Source of the DNA: Octopus vulgaris | Lineage: Eukaryota | Length of the DNA: 64,000 nucleotides | Direction: 5' to 3' | Assembly (NCBI GenBank): GCA_951406725.2 | Contig: OX597835.1 | Location: forward strand, 43,028,001 to 43,092,000 | In this document: positions 26,873 to 39,395 of the stretch, one piece after another | Layout of the letters: each line of letters opens with the position of its first letter | Position numbering within the stretch: position 1 is the first letter of the stretch | Notes under the pieces: model-generated | Database searches by the model: none | The model's input: only the letters and a program-made list of their open reading frames with translations | What the model was told of the DNA's origin: nothing | Position numbers and translations under genes: made by a program

Positions 26873-27835
26873 TTATTTAAAGCAGCAGAAAATTCAACAA
26901 AACCTGTGCCGGTGGCACATAAAAAGCACCCACTATACTCATGGAGTGGTTGGCGTTAGGAAGGGCACCCAGCCGTAGAAACATTGCCAGATCAGACTCA
27001 AAGCATATTACTCTACCACTGGTATTTGAGTACTCTTTTTTCCACCTTGTTTCACATTTATGTGTTTACTCCGGTATATATATATATATATATGTATACA
27101 CGACAGGCTTCATTCAGTTTCCATCTACTAAATCCTCTCACAAGGCTTTGGTTGCCCCGGGGCTATTTTAGAAGACACTTGCCTAAGGTGGAACACAGTG
27201 GGACCGTGGTTGGGATGTAAGCTTCTTACTACACAGCCAAGATTTTGATGTTAACGAGATTTCCTATTTGTCCAGACTTTAGGAACACCCTGTGGTCAGA
27301 ATTATGTTTTTCTCTCAATGCTTTGTTCCACCCTGCAGCTAACACCCACAAGATAAGACCAAAGAATACTTTGAATTTATGTTTTGTAGACCTGGAGGGA
27401 CATTGCTTGATCAACAGGGCTGAAGGAATATATATATATATATATCATCATCATCATCGTTTAACGTCCGTTTTCTGCGCTAGCACGGTTTGGACGGTTC
27501 GACCGGGGTCTGGAAAGCCAGGAGGCTGCACCAGGCCCAGTCTGATCTGGCAGTGTTTCTACAGCTGGATGCCCTTCCTAACGCCAATTAATTAATCTTG
27601 AGATTGCTCCGATCTGGCCAGCCCCAAAGGAAAATCTAAGCCAAGCGCATTAGATTCCTTGGAAGAAAGCCTCGAATGTATACAAAACAAGGACGGAAAA
27701 CAGACGATGTTACACAAATAAGAATACAAAAATACGTAAAAACAATAATGATAATAATAATAATAACAAAAACAGGACGTCACAGACAGGCGTCTTTCGA
27801 CAGGACGAGTATATATATATATATATATATATGGA

Positions 27836-28081
27836 TGGAGGCACGTGGCTTAGTGGTTAGGGTATTGAACTCATGAGCGTAAGGTTGTGGTTTTGATTCC
27901 TGGACCAGGCGATGCATTGTGCTCTTAAGCAAAACACATCATTTCACATTGCTCCAGTCCACTCAGCTGGCAAAAATGAGTAATCCTGCGACAGACCGGC
28001 ATCCTGTACAGGTGGGGAATTTCTACGCCACTGAAACCGGAAAACTGGCCCTTATTAGCCTGGCATGGCTTGAGAAGGAAC

Positions 28082-28083
<2 letters not shown>
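27836..28083 (+). mobile_element. tRNA-headed SINE (family C-related)
   Basis: TGGCTTAGTGG A box, TTTGATTCC B box, GAGAAGGAACA end shared with the 38781 copy. Confidence 0.75.
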
Positions 28084-28116
<33 letters not shown>

Positions 28117-28241
28117 TAAATTAGAGATAAAACCACTATTAGGCAAATCATACAATGAAAAACTTAAGCCAATACATAAGATTAATTAATTTATATTATT
28201 TAAATATATATCTAAATTATTAAAAAAGATAATTAATATAA

Positions 28242-28305
28242 CACTACGATGGTTTCATGGCTGTTCAATTCTTAAAATTTTCGAGTTACAGTCATTCTTC
28301 AGGTG
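28242..28305 (-). ncRNA. Type I hammerhead fold
   Basis: CAC-CUGAAGA-AUGACUGU..ACAGCCAU-GAAAC-CAUC-GUA-GUG. Confidence 0.65.
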
Positions 28306-28733
28306 GTTTAAATATTTAACTTGGCGAGGTTTAATCACACACACACACACAAATAGTTTTACTGGTTAACAAGAGTTTTTTTTGTGTGTGTGTGTATAAG
28401 GAGAATATATGTGGCAAGGCACAGAAAAGGGGCTGTACAACAATTAAGATGGAAGAAACTGTTGTTGATTCGTTGAATGTAAAGTTGAGGAATTCACCAA
28501 AGACTAGGGAGTCGAAGGAGTCAGCAGAAAGAAGGAGAGGCTGATAGACTCACCAGGAAGAGTGACTCACCAAGGAGAGAGTTGAGGCACTCACCAGCCA
28601 GAGACGAATGACTCATGAGGAAGAGAAAACTTGAGTGATTATTAACCAGAAGCAAAGGAGTGAGAGTTGGTGAATATTTATTTTTTTAAAGGTTTAATCT
28701 GGTAGGAAAGAGTGACCTTGACCTTAACAGACC

Positions 28734-29179
28734 TTGACAAAGCTTCCTCACTGATTTTTTATATTTTATGGTGGGAGCTTAGTTTAGACATCCAGATGTT
28801 GAGGTTTATTGGGAAAATATGGGTGGAACAAGAGATTTTCAGAAGGGTGGAACTTTGAAGAGGAAAGATTAGGTATAGCTAGAAACCATGTCAAATCAGA
28901 CCAGAGTCTGATGCAGCCCCACAGCTTACCAGTTCTGGTTACACCATGCAACCCATACCAGCATGGACAACAAAGGTTAAATGATGATAATGCTGATGAT
29001 GATGTGGGCCTAAAGTTGGGGGACATGGTAGGATTGATGAAAGGAAGAGAGAGAAGGATGTTAAGTGGAGATAGAATGTTACCAATCTTGCGCTGAGTGA
29101 TACAAGTAGGAAAGAACAGGATGCAGCACATCTGAGGATGAGAGGCTGTAGCAGCAAGAGGAAACAGCATATTCGTGGC
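28734..29179. repeat. ~445-bp local duplication, copy 2
   Basis: See 26246-26691. Confidence 0.95.
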
Positions 29180-29627
29180 CTCCGGATATTCTTGTAGACA
29201 GGAGGAGAAGTCAGCACATCCGGGATGGATGTGGTAGTAGTGTTACCGTACAGAGAGAGAAGATACAGGATGTTTGTGGAGTAGAGGGTGCAGTGGCACC
29301 AGGACACAAAATATCCATTGCCCCTGGATGTTGTAGGCAGAGAGAGGATACAGCACAGATGTGGGGGTAGAGGGTGTTGTAGCTATAATATAAGCAAGAA
29401 GAGGAGGCATCAAATCTGAGGGTCAGGAACTGTAGTACCAAGAGCAAACAGCATATCACTGGCCCCTGGGTATTGTTATAGACAGGTGCAGGGGCCACGT
29501 AAGCTTAGTATTTATTCTATTGATCTCTTTTGCTGAACCTCTAAGTTATGGTGACGTAAACATGCCAGCATCAGTTGTCATGCAATATTGTTGAGGGGAC
29601 AAACACAGACCCACAAATATATACTTA

Positions 29628-30585
29628 GGGATAGATAAGTGCTTGGTGAGAGCTGTGCAAGCCATGTACAGGGATGCTGTCAGTAAGGGGAGGGTTGGCA
29701 ATGAGTATAGTGAAGGATTCAGGGTAGAAGTAGGGGTTCACCAAGCATTAGTCCTCAGCCCCCTCTTATTCATCATAGCCCTCCAGGCAATACCAGAGGA
29801 ATTCACGACAAACTGCCCCTGGGAGCTCTCTATGTTGAGAACCTTGCTTTAATAGCTAAGTCACTACCAGAACTAGAGAAGATGTTTCAGGTGTGGAAGC
29901 AAGGTCTAGAATTGAAGGGCCTTAGAGGCAATCTAGCAAAAACCAAAGTCTTAGTAAGTGGGGAGGTGGACAAATCACAAATCCCTTCAGGTAGATGGCC
30001 CTGCTCGATCTGTAGAAAAGGCATAGGTAGAAACTCCATAAGCTGTACCCACTGTAAGCTATGGTCACATAAGAGATGCAGCAATATCAAAAGAAGGCTA
30101 ACTGAGAAGATATCTTTTGTGTGTGGCAGATGCACAGGGGCAATAAACACCAAAGATGTACAGAAAACAGATTTCATCACATGCCAGGAATAAAAACTAG
30201 AAGTAGTTGATAGCTTCTGTTACCTAGGTGACCAAGTCAGTAGCAGGGGTAGATGCTCTGAGAGCATTGCTGCTAGAATAAGAATAGCCTGGGCAAAGTT
30301 CAGAGAGTTCTTACCTCTGCTGGTAACAAAGAGCCTCTCACTCAGAGTGAAAGGTAGACTGTATGACACATGTGTGCGAACAGCCATGCTACCTGGCAGT
30401 GAAACATGGCTGTGGGTGCTGAGGACATGTGTAGGCTTGTAAGAAATGAAGCTAGTATGTTCCACTGGATGTGTAATGTCAGTGTGTATACACAACAGAG
30501 TGTAAGGGCGCTAAGAGAAAAGTCGGACAGAAGAAGCATCAGATGTGGTGTGCAAGAGAGACAACTGTGCTGGTATAGTCATGTG
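29628..30585 (+). mobile_element. RTE-clade LINE reverse transcriptase remnant with PHD-like zinc finger
   Basis: GVHQALVLSPLLFII, KGLRGNLAKTKVL, CSIC..CTHCKLWSHKRC..CGRC, VDSFCYLGD, RIRIAWAKF, GSETW; stops and frameshifts. Confidence 0.92.
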
Positions 30586-30603
30586 CCTATATACACACAT
30601 ACA

Positions 30604-31266
30604 TATTGGGTCTTCCCATATATAATGTGGTTTTTTCAGGTGCATGAACTAAAAGTCGGTAGGGAATGGGATAAACTACCTGCATCAACTTGCTAGAAAA
30701 GCAGGTAGTAATTTTTCCTTGTCCTTATTCATAGTGCAAGTTTTGAAGAGTGCAGTTTGATTTTAACAGTAATTTTTTCATAGCTATAATGGAAATGACA
30801 AAGGAGCATATTCAGCATATTTTGCTTTATGAGATCTGTGAGAAGCTTAAGTCAGTGCTAGAAGAAAAACGACCATCTTTGGTTTCAAGACAAAAGGTAT
30901 TCTTCCATCAGGATAATACTCAGCCACATACAGCAAGGATGACATTCCAAAGGGTGGAGCAGTTTGAATGGGGAAACAAGGCTCCACCCACCACATTTGC
31001 CAAGCATTGCTCCAGCTGATTATCATATATTCTGCTGTCTTCAAAATCATTTGGGCAGACAAAATATGAATTCTGTAGACGAGGTCAGAACAGTACTGGA
31101 GGAATATTTTTCATCGTGGATAAGTGAATTTTGAAAGAGGGGCCAGATAGATAGAAGAACATTGTAGAAAATGAAGGAGAGTGTATTTTAGATTAAAAAA
31201 GAACTTTATCTTTAATTTTGAAAAATAAAAGAAGTATAAAAAACCCCACATGATTTATGAGATGAC
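30604..31266 (+). mobile_element. Internally deleted mariner transposon
   Basis: TA-TTGGGTC TIR; MTKEHIQHILLYE joined to KRPSLV..FHQDNTQPH..APADYHIF (DD34D catalytic region remnants). Confidence 0.88.
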
Positions 31267-31653
31267 ACACACACACACACACACACAAATATGAGGTGGG
31301 CCAAAAGTGACAAAGTATAAAATTGTAGTCTGGTGCAACAGCTGAATCCACCAGATTATATCTCCACAGATCACCATATCCAGTCAGATTTGGGGATTTG
31401 GGGCTGACCCAGTATACATCCACCCACACATCTATAATTTTTATGTTTGTTGTTTTGTTGAGTTACAATAAAAACCATTTTACATTAAACAGAAGAATTA
31501 CTCAAAAGTTTTTGTAGAGTACATATTATGTATAGTGCTGACAGTGACTTCGAAGTGTCAACGTGCCAGCCTTCATCAGACTTCAGTTTCAGTCAATTGA
31601 AGCCAACATCCCAGGGTTGTAGAAGAAGACACTTGTCCAAGTCGTCATGCAAC

Positions 31654-31972
31654 CATCATCATCATCATCATCGTTTAGCGTCTGCTTTCCATGCTAGCAT
31701 GGGCTGGATGGTTCAACTGGGGTCTGGGAAGCCAGAAGGCTGCACCAGGCCCAGTCTGATCTGGCAATGTTTCTACGGCTGGATGCCCTTCCTAACGCCA
31801 ACCACTCCGTGAGTGTAGTAGGTGCTTTTCACGTGCCACAAGCACAGGTGCCAGATGAGGCTGGCCAACAGCCACGATTGGATTGTGCTTTTTACGTGCC
31901 ACCGGCACAGGAGCCAGGCGAGGCTGGCAAATGGCCACGATCGGATGGTGCTTTTTACGTGCCACTAGCACC
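31654..31972 (-). mobile_element. Family B element
   Basis: As 20794. Confidence 0.85.
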
Positions 31973-32769
31973 CAATGGGATAAAAAACTAGGACAGATAG
32001 AGAGACAGACAGACAGACAACAGTTTATAAAGAAGATGAATGGCTTCATAGAGACATTGCCAGAATGAGGAATGCTGGGTAAACAAGAAGAAAAGGCTGC
32101 AAAGTGAGAAATGTTAATCAGAAGAGAGTGAGGAGGAAAAACTTGAGGTGTTACAATGTTAATAAATAAGCTTGAGGTGCCATGATGTTAGATTTGACAC
32201 AAGATATGGATGAGTAAAGAGGCAACGATGTTTGTTTGTTCTCCAGGTTTGTAGGAGCAAAGCAGGAAGCCATATTGAAGTATAAATAGTTAGAGGAAAT
32301 ATTAAGATTGTTCTCAATATCAGACATTTATTGCTTAAAATATTCAAAAAAAAAGAATTAGATTTAATCTTCTTTTTAATATTTCTTGAATAGTTAAATT
32401 ATAAATAAGCATAAAACTAAAGTTTAATGAATAATTTTTAATAATATTCTGTTACATTCAGATATGAGAAAAAGGAAATATGAGCAGTTGTTGTTGTTGT
32501 TTGTGGTGGTGATAGTAGAGTAGGAGAAATATAGTTCAGTTGAAAACTGTAGAGATCAATAAATAGATTCTGAACATTAAACAATACAATAGTATAACAA
32601 AATTATTGATTTTCCTTCTTTTTTTTTTGTTTTACATTAATATTGATTTTATAATAATATTTTCATAATAATATTTAAATATTTTAAAAAATAATTATTA
32701 TTTATGTATTGTAAGAAATCAATAGATTTCACACAATATATAAGAGTAATAATAATTCTTAGTAATTCT

Positions 32770-33330
32770 CATACAAGGCCAGCAATTTTGGAGGAATATT
32801 AATAATAACAAATAAATCTTTATACAAAGAACACAGTGTGTAAAATTTTAAGGGAAAAGTCTCAGCAAATGCATTGACCCTAGTATTTATTGATACTTAT
32901 TTTAGCAACTCCAAAAGAAAGGCAAAGTTGACCTGGGTAGAATCTGAACTCAGAAGTATAAAGACAAACAAAATGCTGCTAAGAATTTTGTCCAGTATGC
33001 TAACGATTCTGCAAACTCATTACCTTAATAATAATGACTTCAAATTTTGGTACAAGACCATCAGTTTCAAGGAAGTGACTAAGTTGGTTACATTGACCCT
33101 AGGGCTCAACTGGTATTTAATCTATCAACACCAATAGGATGAAGGGCAAAGTCAACCACAATGGAATTTGAACTCAGAACATAAAAACAGCTGCAAAGTA
33201 TTTTCCTTATCACCTTAACAATAACAAATCATTTCTCATGTGGGCACAAGGCCAGAAACTCGCTGGAAGTGAACTGCTGGAAGGATAAAAAGCGAATTTT
33301 ACCACAACAGGATTTTAAATCAGAACATAA
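32770..33330 (-). mobile_element. Old, diverged family D SINE copies (about 3)
   Basis: Repeated aaaggcaaagt..acc..gaat.tgaactcagaa. Confidence 0.6.
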
Positions 33331-33799
33331 ACAGCCAAAATTAAGTAATTAACAACAAACAAGATGAGGACAAATATCTGTCAAATGTAAATAATGTAAA
33401 TAAATTTAAATTTGTTGAAGGAAAAAAATGTTACAGAGGAGAAGGAATTTATTAAAATGCATAAATAAGACACAAACAAACAAAAATGACTATCCAGCTG
33501 TGAGAGGAATCCAAAAATAATAAAGGTGTATGAGCTGTTAACAAAAATCTAAGTTCAAAATATAACAGACCTAAAGGATCTCATATACTGCACAGCTTCT
33601 GCTGCTTTGGACATTCTTTGAGTTAAAAGCCAAAGAAAAAGAAAAGTTGGGGGGACAAAGTCTTGTGGTGGGAATGAAAACGTGGAAACTGAATTGAACA
33701 TCTCAACAGAGATCTTGGACGGATATGTACAAGTACAGAAAAGAATATGTTGAGAGGAAGAGACACAGATGAGCAGCAAAGAAAGAATATTCGGCAGAA

Positions 33800-34910
33800 A
33801 GGATTACATTTGGCTGAAGAAAAGATAAAAGAAAAATCGAAGCAGTGTCAATCGATGTAAAAGCAGACGGTGTGAGAATTTAAAAGAAAGATGGATGATG
33901 GAGAGTGATGAGGGAATATAATCAATTACAGATAAGAAACTGAAAGAAATGATCAAAAAAATATCAAATTGGAAAGCTTCTGGGGCAGATGGGGTTCAGA
34001 GATTCTGGCTCAGAAATCTCCCAAGTACACACAGCCATATACAACCATTTCTTATTGATTATAGAAAGTGGAATGTCAATGGGAATGCCAACATGAAAGA
34101 CACTGCTGACACACAAGGACAAAGAAAAAAAAGGAGAGGCAGTCAATAATTATAGATCTATTACATACCGTTATTCTGAAAATTATTAACATACCTCTTG
34201 GAAGATGAAATATTTAACTTTCTGGAAAAGGAGAATCTATTGCTAGAAGAGCAAAAGGGATGCAGAAAGGGGAAACTGTTGACCTGCTATATATATATGT
34301 ATAGAAATTAAATATAAAATATAAATTACAAAGTGGGACAAGAACGCAAAAACACACAAGGAGACGACACAAAAAAACAGACGGGTCACTCGAAGCCTCT
34401 AATCTTCAGTCGGGAACCGGATCATCTTAGTAATTTCGACTGTTTAATCTCGATATTACTCCGACCCGGCCAGCCCCAAAGAAAATCCAAGCCACAGGCA
34501 TTGGATTTCTTGGAAAGAGGGTCGAATGTATACGGAACAAAGACAGGATGCCACACGAATATATATATATAAGATATTAAATGAAGTACAAGAAAGAAGA
34601 ATTGAGCTGTTGCCTGGATAGATGACAGGAAGGCTTGTGGCAATGTTCCGGATCTTGGAGAGTCTGAGGCTGTTTAGAGTCAATGAGAAAAACAGGTTTT
34701 TAGAAAAAGCAATGAGAGCGTGGGAAATAGAACTGGCATGCACAAATAAACTATTAAGAAACCTGAAAATACATGATGGGGGGGGAGCGTTCAAGGGAGA
34801 CATACTCGCTCTCTCTCTCTCTCTCTCTCTGTGGCCTTTCATTATTGCATTAATCTCTCGATTGCATTTAGTTGTTGCATTAATCCCTGACAATATCCTG
34901 AGAAAATCCA
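33800..34910 (+). mobile_element. R4/Dong-like non-LTR retrotransposon RT remnant, interrupted at about 34290-34570
   Basis: IKKISNWKASGADGVQRFWL, NNYRSIT, LLEEQKGCRKG, ILESL, FKGD..FIIALI resemble RT motifs of RLE-type LINEs. Confidence 0.75.
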
Positions 34911-34914
34911 AACC

Positions 34915-36903
34915 ACTTCCATCAGCTATATCTAAAAAATTTAAGATAAGGCCTTCTGTATGCTTATCACTCATCTTTCGAAGGCTCCAGTTTCACAACC
35001 ATACTCAATGGAGAAGATGAGCACTCTCACTGTAGATACATCCTTGATTGCAGCAGTTGGGGTGTTACCTGAGGAAGGACACCCAGTTGCATTCATAAGC
35101 CACACCTTTAACCAGGTACAACGAAATTGGTTGAACACAGAGAGGCTTATGCAGTGGTATATTGCATAGATAGATTGTGGCATTCCCTTCTAGGAAAGCA
35201 GTTTTATTTGGAAGCAGATTATCAGCATTTAAAAACCCTGTTCACAAAGGATTTAGATGTATTTCAATGTGCTTTGCTTAAAATAGCCAGGTGGAGTCTG
35301 ATTCTATCACAATATGACTTCATTGTTAAACATGTTCCAGGTAAAAGTATTCTGCACATCGATGCCCTTTCTAGATTGAGGTATAAAGAAACTAATGATG
35401 ATGATATGATTTTCTTTGCTTCACATTTCGACAAATGCAACAGTGCATGGCAGGACATTGACCCCGTTATGATTGAAGATATCTGAAAACTAAATAAAAC
35501 TATATAACAAAATAAAAAAGAATTTTACACCAAAATTGGAGACTGGTCTTGAATTTGGAACATTGCATTTGTTAAAGAGAAGGATTTTCTAACATGCAAA
35601 AATAGTTTAATACATCATATAAATCATTAGTTTATTCCAGCACCTTATAGTGCCACAGTAATGGTTGAAGCATATGACACACACAATGGGCATTCAACAA
35701 ATAATTAAAAGGTACAACTGTGTTTGGTGGCCTGGGTTGGCTGACTCGGTGGAGCAGTTTGTCAAATCTTACAATAGTTACCAGAGAGTTAGGCCAAATT
35801 TAGTAAAAGCAAATGATTCATGGCCTATTTCTGGGCCCTAGGAATGTGTGCATATGGACTCGGCATATGTTCCAAACATCAGTAACATACTCATAGAGGC
35901 TTATTCAACACAGACTGAGGCATTCTTGTGTCCTGATCGCTCGACTGAGACAGTAAAAAGCAAGCTGCTTGAGGTCTTCACTCGTTTTGGTGTGCCCATA
36001 GCTTTAGTATCAGACAATGGGCCTGAATTTGTTGTGTTAAAGAATATGTTGTCATCAATGGGTTACATAAAAATTGAGACACCTGCTTATAGTCCTCAAT
36101 CTAATGGTGCCACTGAAATGGCCATACAAACTGTGAAAGCTGCACTGAAGAACTTTGATCCAAAGACAGGGAATTTCAGCAACTACTTGAACTGTTCAAC
36201 TATTGGAGTGACCCGGGTGGTTGTAAATTATCACCAGCCAAAAAGTTAATGAAAAGACCATTGAGAGTTGCTATAAACCCATTCTTTGAAATGAGTGAAG
36301 ATGTAATACACAAAACCATGTTCGACAAGGGTGCATCCAAAGCAAAATATGTGATACATGCCAGAAAGAATTCTATATGGATTAAGAGCAGTTGAGCAAC
36401 TGGGAACCAGAACTAGAATTGAGCACAACACCTGGCACAATGGTTCACGCTGAGTCTGCAAGGATGCCTAACAATGATGGTACGACCATATTAAGTCCCT
36501 CTGCTAGGCCTGACACCAACACCGAAGTTACAGAAGTGGAGCAGCATATTATTGACAATGTTAGCCATCAAAGACCAAACATGAAAATTTCATCAAGTCC
36601 TCAATTGAGGGGAAGTGCAAGAATTGCAACAGGATGTAAAAAGCCGAAACGTTTTGAGGAGAAATAATGTGATAGTTGCATTGGGATGGTAATTTTGATA
36701 TCCTGATATATATATATATATATATATATAGTTAATCCAAACATGAAAACACAAAGAGAAAACACAACAATGCGAGGACGTGGAACAAATATAGTATTAT
36801 TGGACGCTCAGGAAGGAAGGGAAGAAGGAGGGCTTAACGTTTCGAGCGGAGCCCTTCGTCAGAAACATAGGAAAAGGAAAGATCCAGAGAAGGGAAGACG
36901 GAG

Positions 36904-36936
<33 letters not shown>

Positions 36937-37178
36937 GCCAATGGTACACACACAGTCACATTTTGAATGAATATATATATATATCGCAAGGGAAGTCTTG
37001 TGCAACCAAGTGGAAATAATGAGATGAGAGATGAAGAAGCTGGCAGCCATAAAAGGGCGATATCACTACTTATGTGGAGGATGATGCTAGGAACTGTAGA
37101 GTGTGGCCCTCAGAAGTGAGCAGTGCAACTTGCAGTTCTGAACATTTAATATATTTTCTAAATGAGTGAAACACCACA
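34915..37178 (+). mobile_element. Gypsy/Ty3 LTR retrotransposon 3' half (RNase H, integrase, PPT, probable 3' LTR from 36668)
   Basis: GHPVAFISHT..EAYAVVY..RWSLILSQYDFIVKHVPGK..DALSRL; RFGVPIALVSDNGPEF..PAYSPQSNGATE; purine tract then TG at 36668; LTR right end uncertain. Confidence 0.88.
36832..36866 (-). ncRNA. Minimal type I hammerhead in a TA-flanked Penelope-like fragment (36730-36985)
   Basis: GUUU-CUGACGA-A-GGGC ucc GCUC-GAAAC-GUU-AAGC. Confidence 0.75.
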
Positions 37179-37737
37179 ACCCCAACCATAACATCAGGAA
37201 CACAAACAATACTAAATATAAGAGGTTTTATCCAGATTATATAAAATCAAGCCAACCGATGCTGGATAGAAGAATTCCAGAAGATCAAAGGTCAGGATCA
37301 CCCAGCTCTATCAAACAAGCAAGTAACTGCAATGCATCCATAAGAGTGGTGGTCATGGTTGGGTGATCAGCAAGTGAAAGGTTCAGAATGATGAAAGCTC
37401 TCAATTCAAAATCATAACAATGGAATTGGATGGCAACAGAGAGAGACACGGGAATCTGTGAAAACAGCACAACCAAAGAAAGAGATATAAAACCAGAGAT
37501 TCCAAGACAATGATTGGGTGTTTATTTAGTCACTGGACCTGCTAAAAAGAGCAACCAAATTCCTTCAAGTCACATTCTGCAATTTTAAATAGAAAAAGAA
37601 TACATTGATAAATGATATCCAAAAAGGTGGATGGTCATGGCAGGAATAGCTTTGATCATAGGCCTGGTCAATCAGCACTGACTCAAGGTTTAACAACAAC
37701 AACAAGATAAAAAAATACTGGAGATTTTGATTCCTAG

Positions 37738-37833
37738 ACAACACATTTATAAATAAATCTGGAATCGTGTATCACAGAGGTCAGCTTACTGTTACGATGG
37801 AGACAATTTATAGCAAAATAATTTGGTGGAATG
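37738..37833 (+). CDS. Candidate 96-nt symmetric phase-1 exon (NTFINKSGIVYHRGQLTVTMETIYSKIIWWN)
   Basis: ttcctag acceptor, ATG|GTGAGT donor, single open frame. Confidence 0.35.
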
Positions 37834-38271
37834 GTGAGTAATCAGTTGGAATACAGTGCTGATTGTTTGAGTTCAATACCAGCCCAAGTACATATACAAC
37901 AGTGATGGTGAAACTGACGATGAGGGAAGATGATGATGATAATGATGATTAAGCCTGTAGCAATGATTAGTATAAAAGTTATGCGTGTGGTAGCAGTGGT
38001 AGTGACACTGATGGAAATGATGACAGTGGTGGTGGTGGTAGTAGCAATAAAGATGAGGACAGTGATGGCGATGATGATGATGACAGCAATGGCTAATGTT
38101 ATCTCTTATATGGCACAAGACCACAAATTCAGTGAGAAGAGAACAGTGATTATATCAACCCCAGAAGGATGAAAGATAAAGTCGACCTCAACTGGGTTTG
38201 AACTCTAAATGCTCCTCACAATTTTGTATGTTGCTTTCACAATAATCTTTCTTGCTTTTAGCTTGTGATTA

Positions 38272-38317
38272 ACACATGCTGAGGATGGGTAACCACCAGA
38301 AACCCTAGTCCATGTGT
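38272..38317 (+). ncRNA. Type I hammerhead ribozyme, canonical core
   Basis: ACACAUG-CUGAGGA-UGG guaacca CCA-GAAAC-CCUA-GUC-CAUGUGU; 7-bp stem I, GUC triplet. Confidence 0.85.
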
Positions 38318-38780
38318 ATTCCGTAAGGCTAGAGTTGGGAGTAATGACCTCCCCTTGCAAATACTAATTGGACACAAAACATGTGTCGTTAGCTAGCTAG
38401 AGGTGATGTCTTCCTGGGGCTATAAATGTCAGTAGCAATGTCCTATAAAGGATGCTACACTTGGTTGGCAATTATGTGTTACAATTAGAAACATTATTAT
38501 TTCTAAATCTCTCAACAAGAGACACATATAGTAACAGTACTTTTAAGCAAAGATTATTTGCCAATAGAATATAGCAGTCCTGGTTAGGATGAATGCTACT
38601 GTTGTTTAGCCCCAGGAAACATTGTCTCCACCTGGAGAACATTCATCCCAACCGGGACTGTTATATTATATGGGCAAATAATCTTTACTTTAATAATAAA
38701 TATTCTAGTCATAATAATTTTTTCTTCTCTGGTCATAGGACCGGGAATTTTGTGGTCAGCGGCTAACCGATTACATAAGT

Positions 38781-39068
38781 GGAGACACATGGCCTAGTGG
38801 TTAGAGCAGCAGACTCACAGTCGAGGGATCACAGGTTCGAATCTCAGACCGGGCGACGTGTGTGTTTATGAGTGAAATATCTAAGCTCCACATAACTCCA
38901 GCAGAAGGTAATGGCAAACCTCTGCTGACTCATTCGCCACAATTTTCTCTCACTCTTTCCTCCTGCATCTTGCAGCTCACCTGCGATGGACCAGCGTCCC
39001 GTCCAGGTGGGGAACCTATACGCCAAGGAAACCGGCCCGATGAGCCAGGCATGGCTCGAGAAGGAACA
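38781..39068 (+). mobile_element. tRNA-headed SINE (family C-related)
   Basis: TGGCCTAGTGG and GGTTCGAATCT boxes; inverse copy at 52795-53101. Confidence 0.85.
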
Positions 39069-39395
39069 GAACTGATTACATCGATCCCATCCAGTACTCA
39101 GCTGGTACTTATTTCATCAATTCTGAAAGGATGAAAGACAAAGGTGACCTTGGCAGATTCTGAACTCAAAATGTAAAAATGGACAAAATGTCACGGAGCA
39201 GTTCTCCCAGCTCACCACTCTAAATAATAATATCGTTGTTTCAAATTGTTTAATAATCACTAGATTATTAACTTCAGTTACATAAGGGATCCACAGTACA
39301 TTCAAAGGAGCAGTTAGAAATAGCAGCCAAATTTCCTTCAAAGTATAACTTGCTATGTCAGAAAAGAAAAGATATAATAATAAATAATGAGCATT

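Noticed and set aside
34385-34445. Minus-strand CTGAAGA as a hammerhead
   Set aside because: No GAAA in the correct position after a stem
38781-38855. tRNA genes at SINE heads (also 17802, 27836, 40175)
   Set aside because: A/B boxes are present but run into SINE bodies without a convincing acceptor stem
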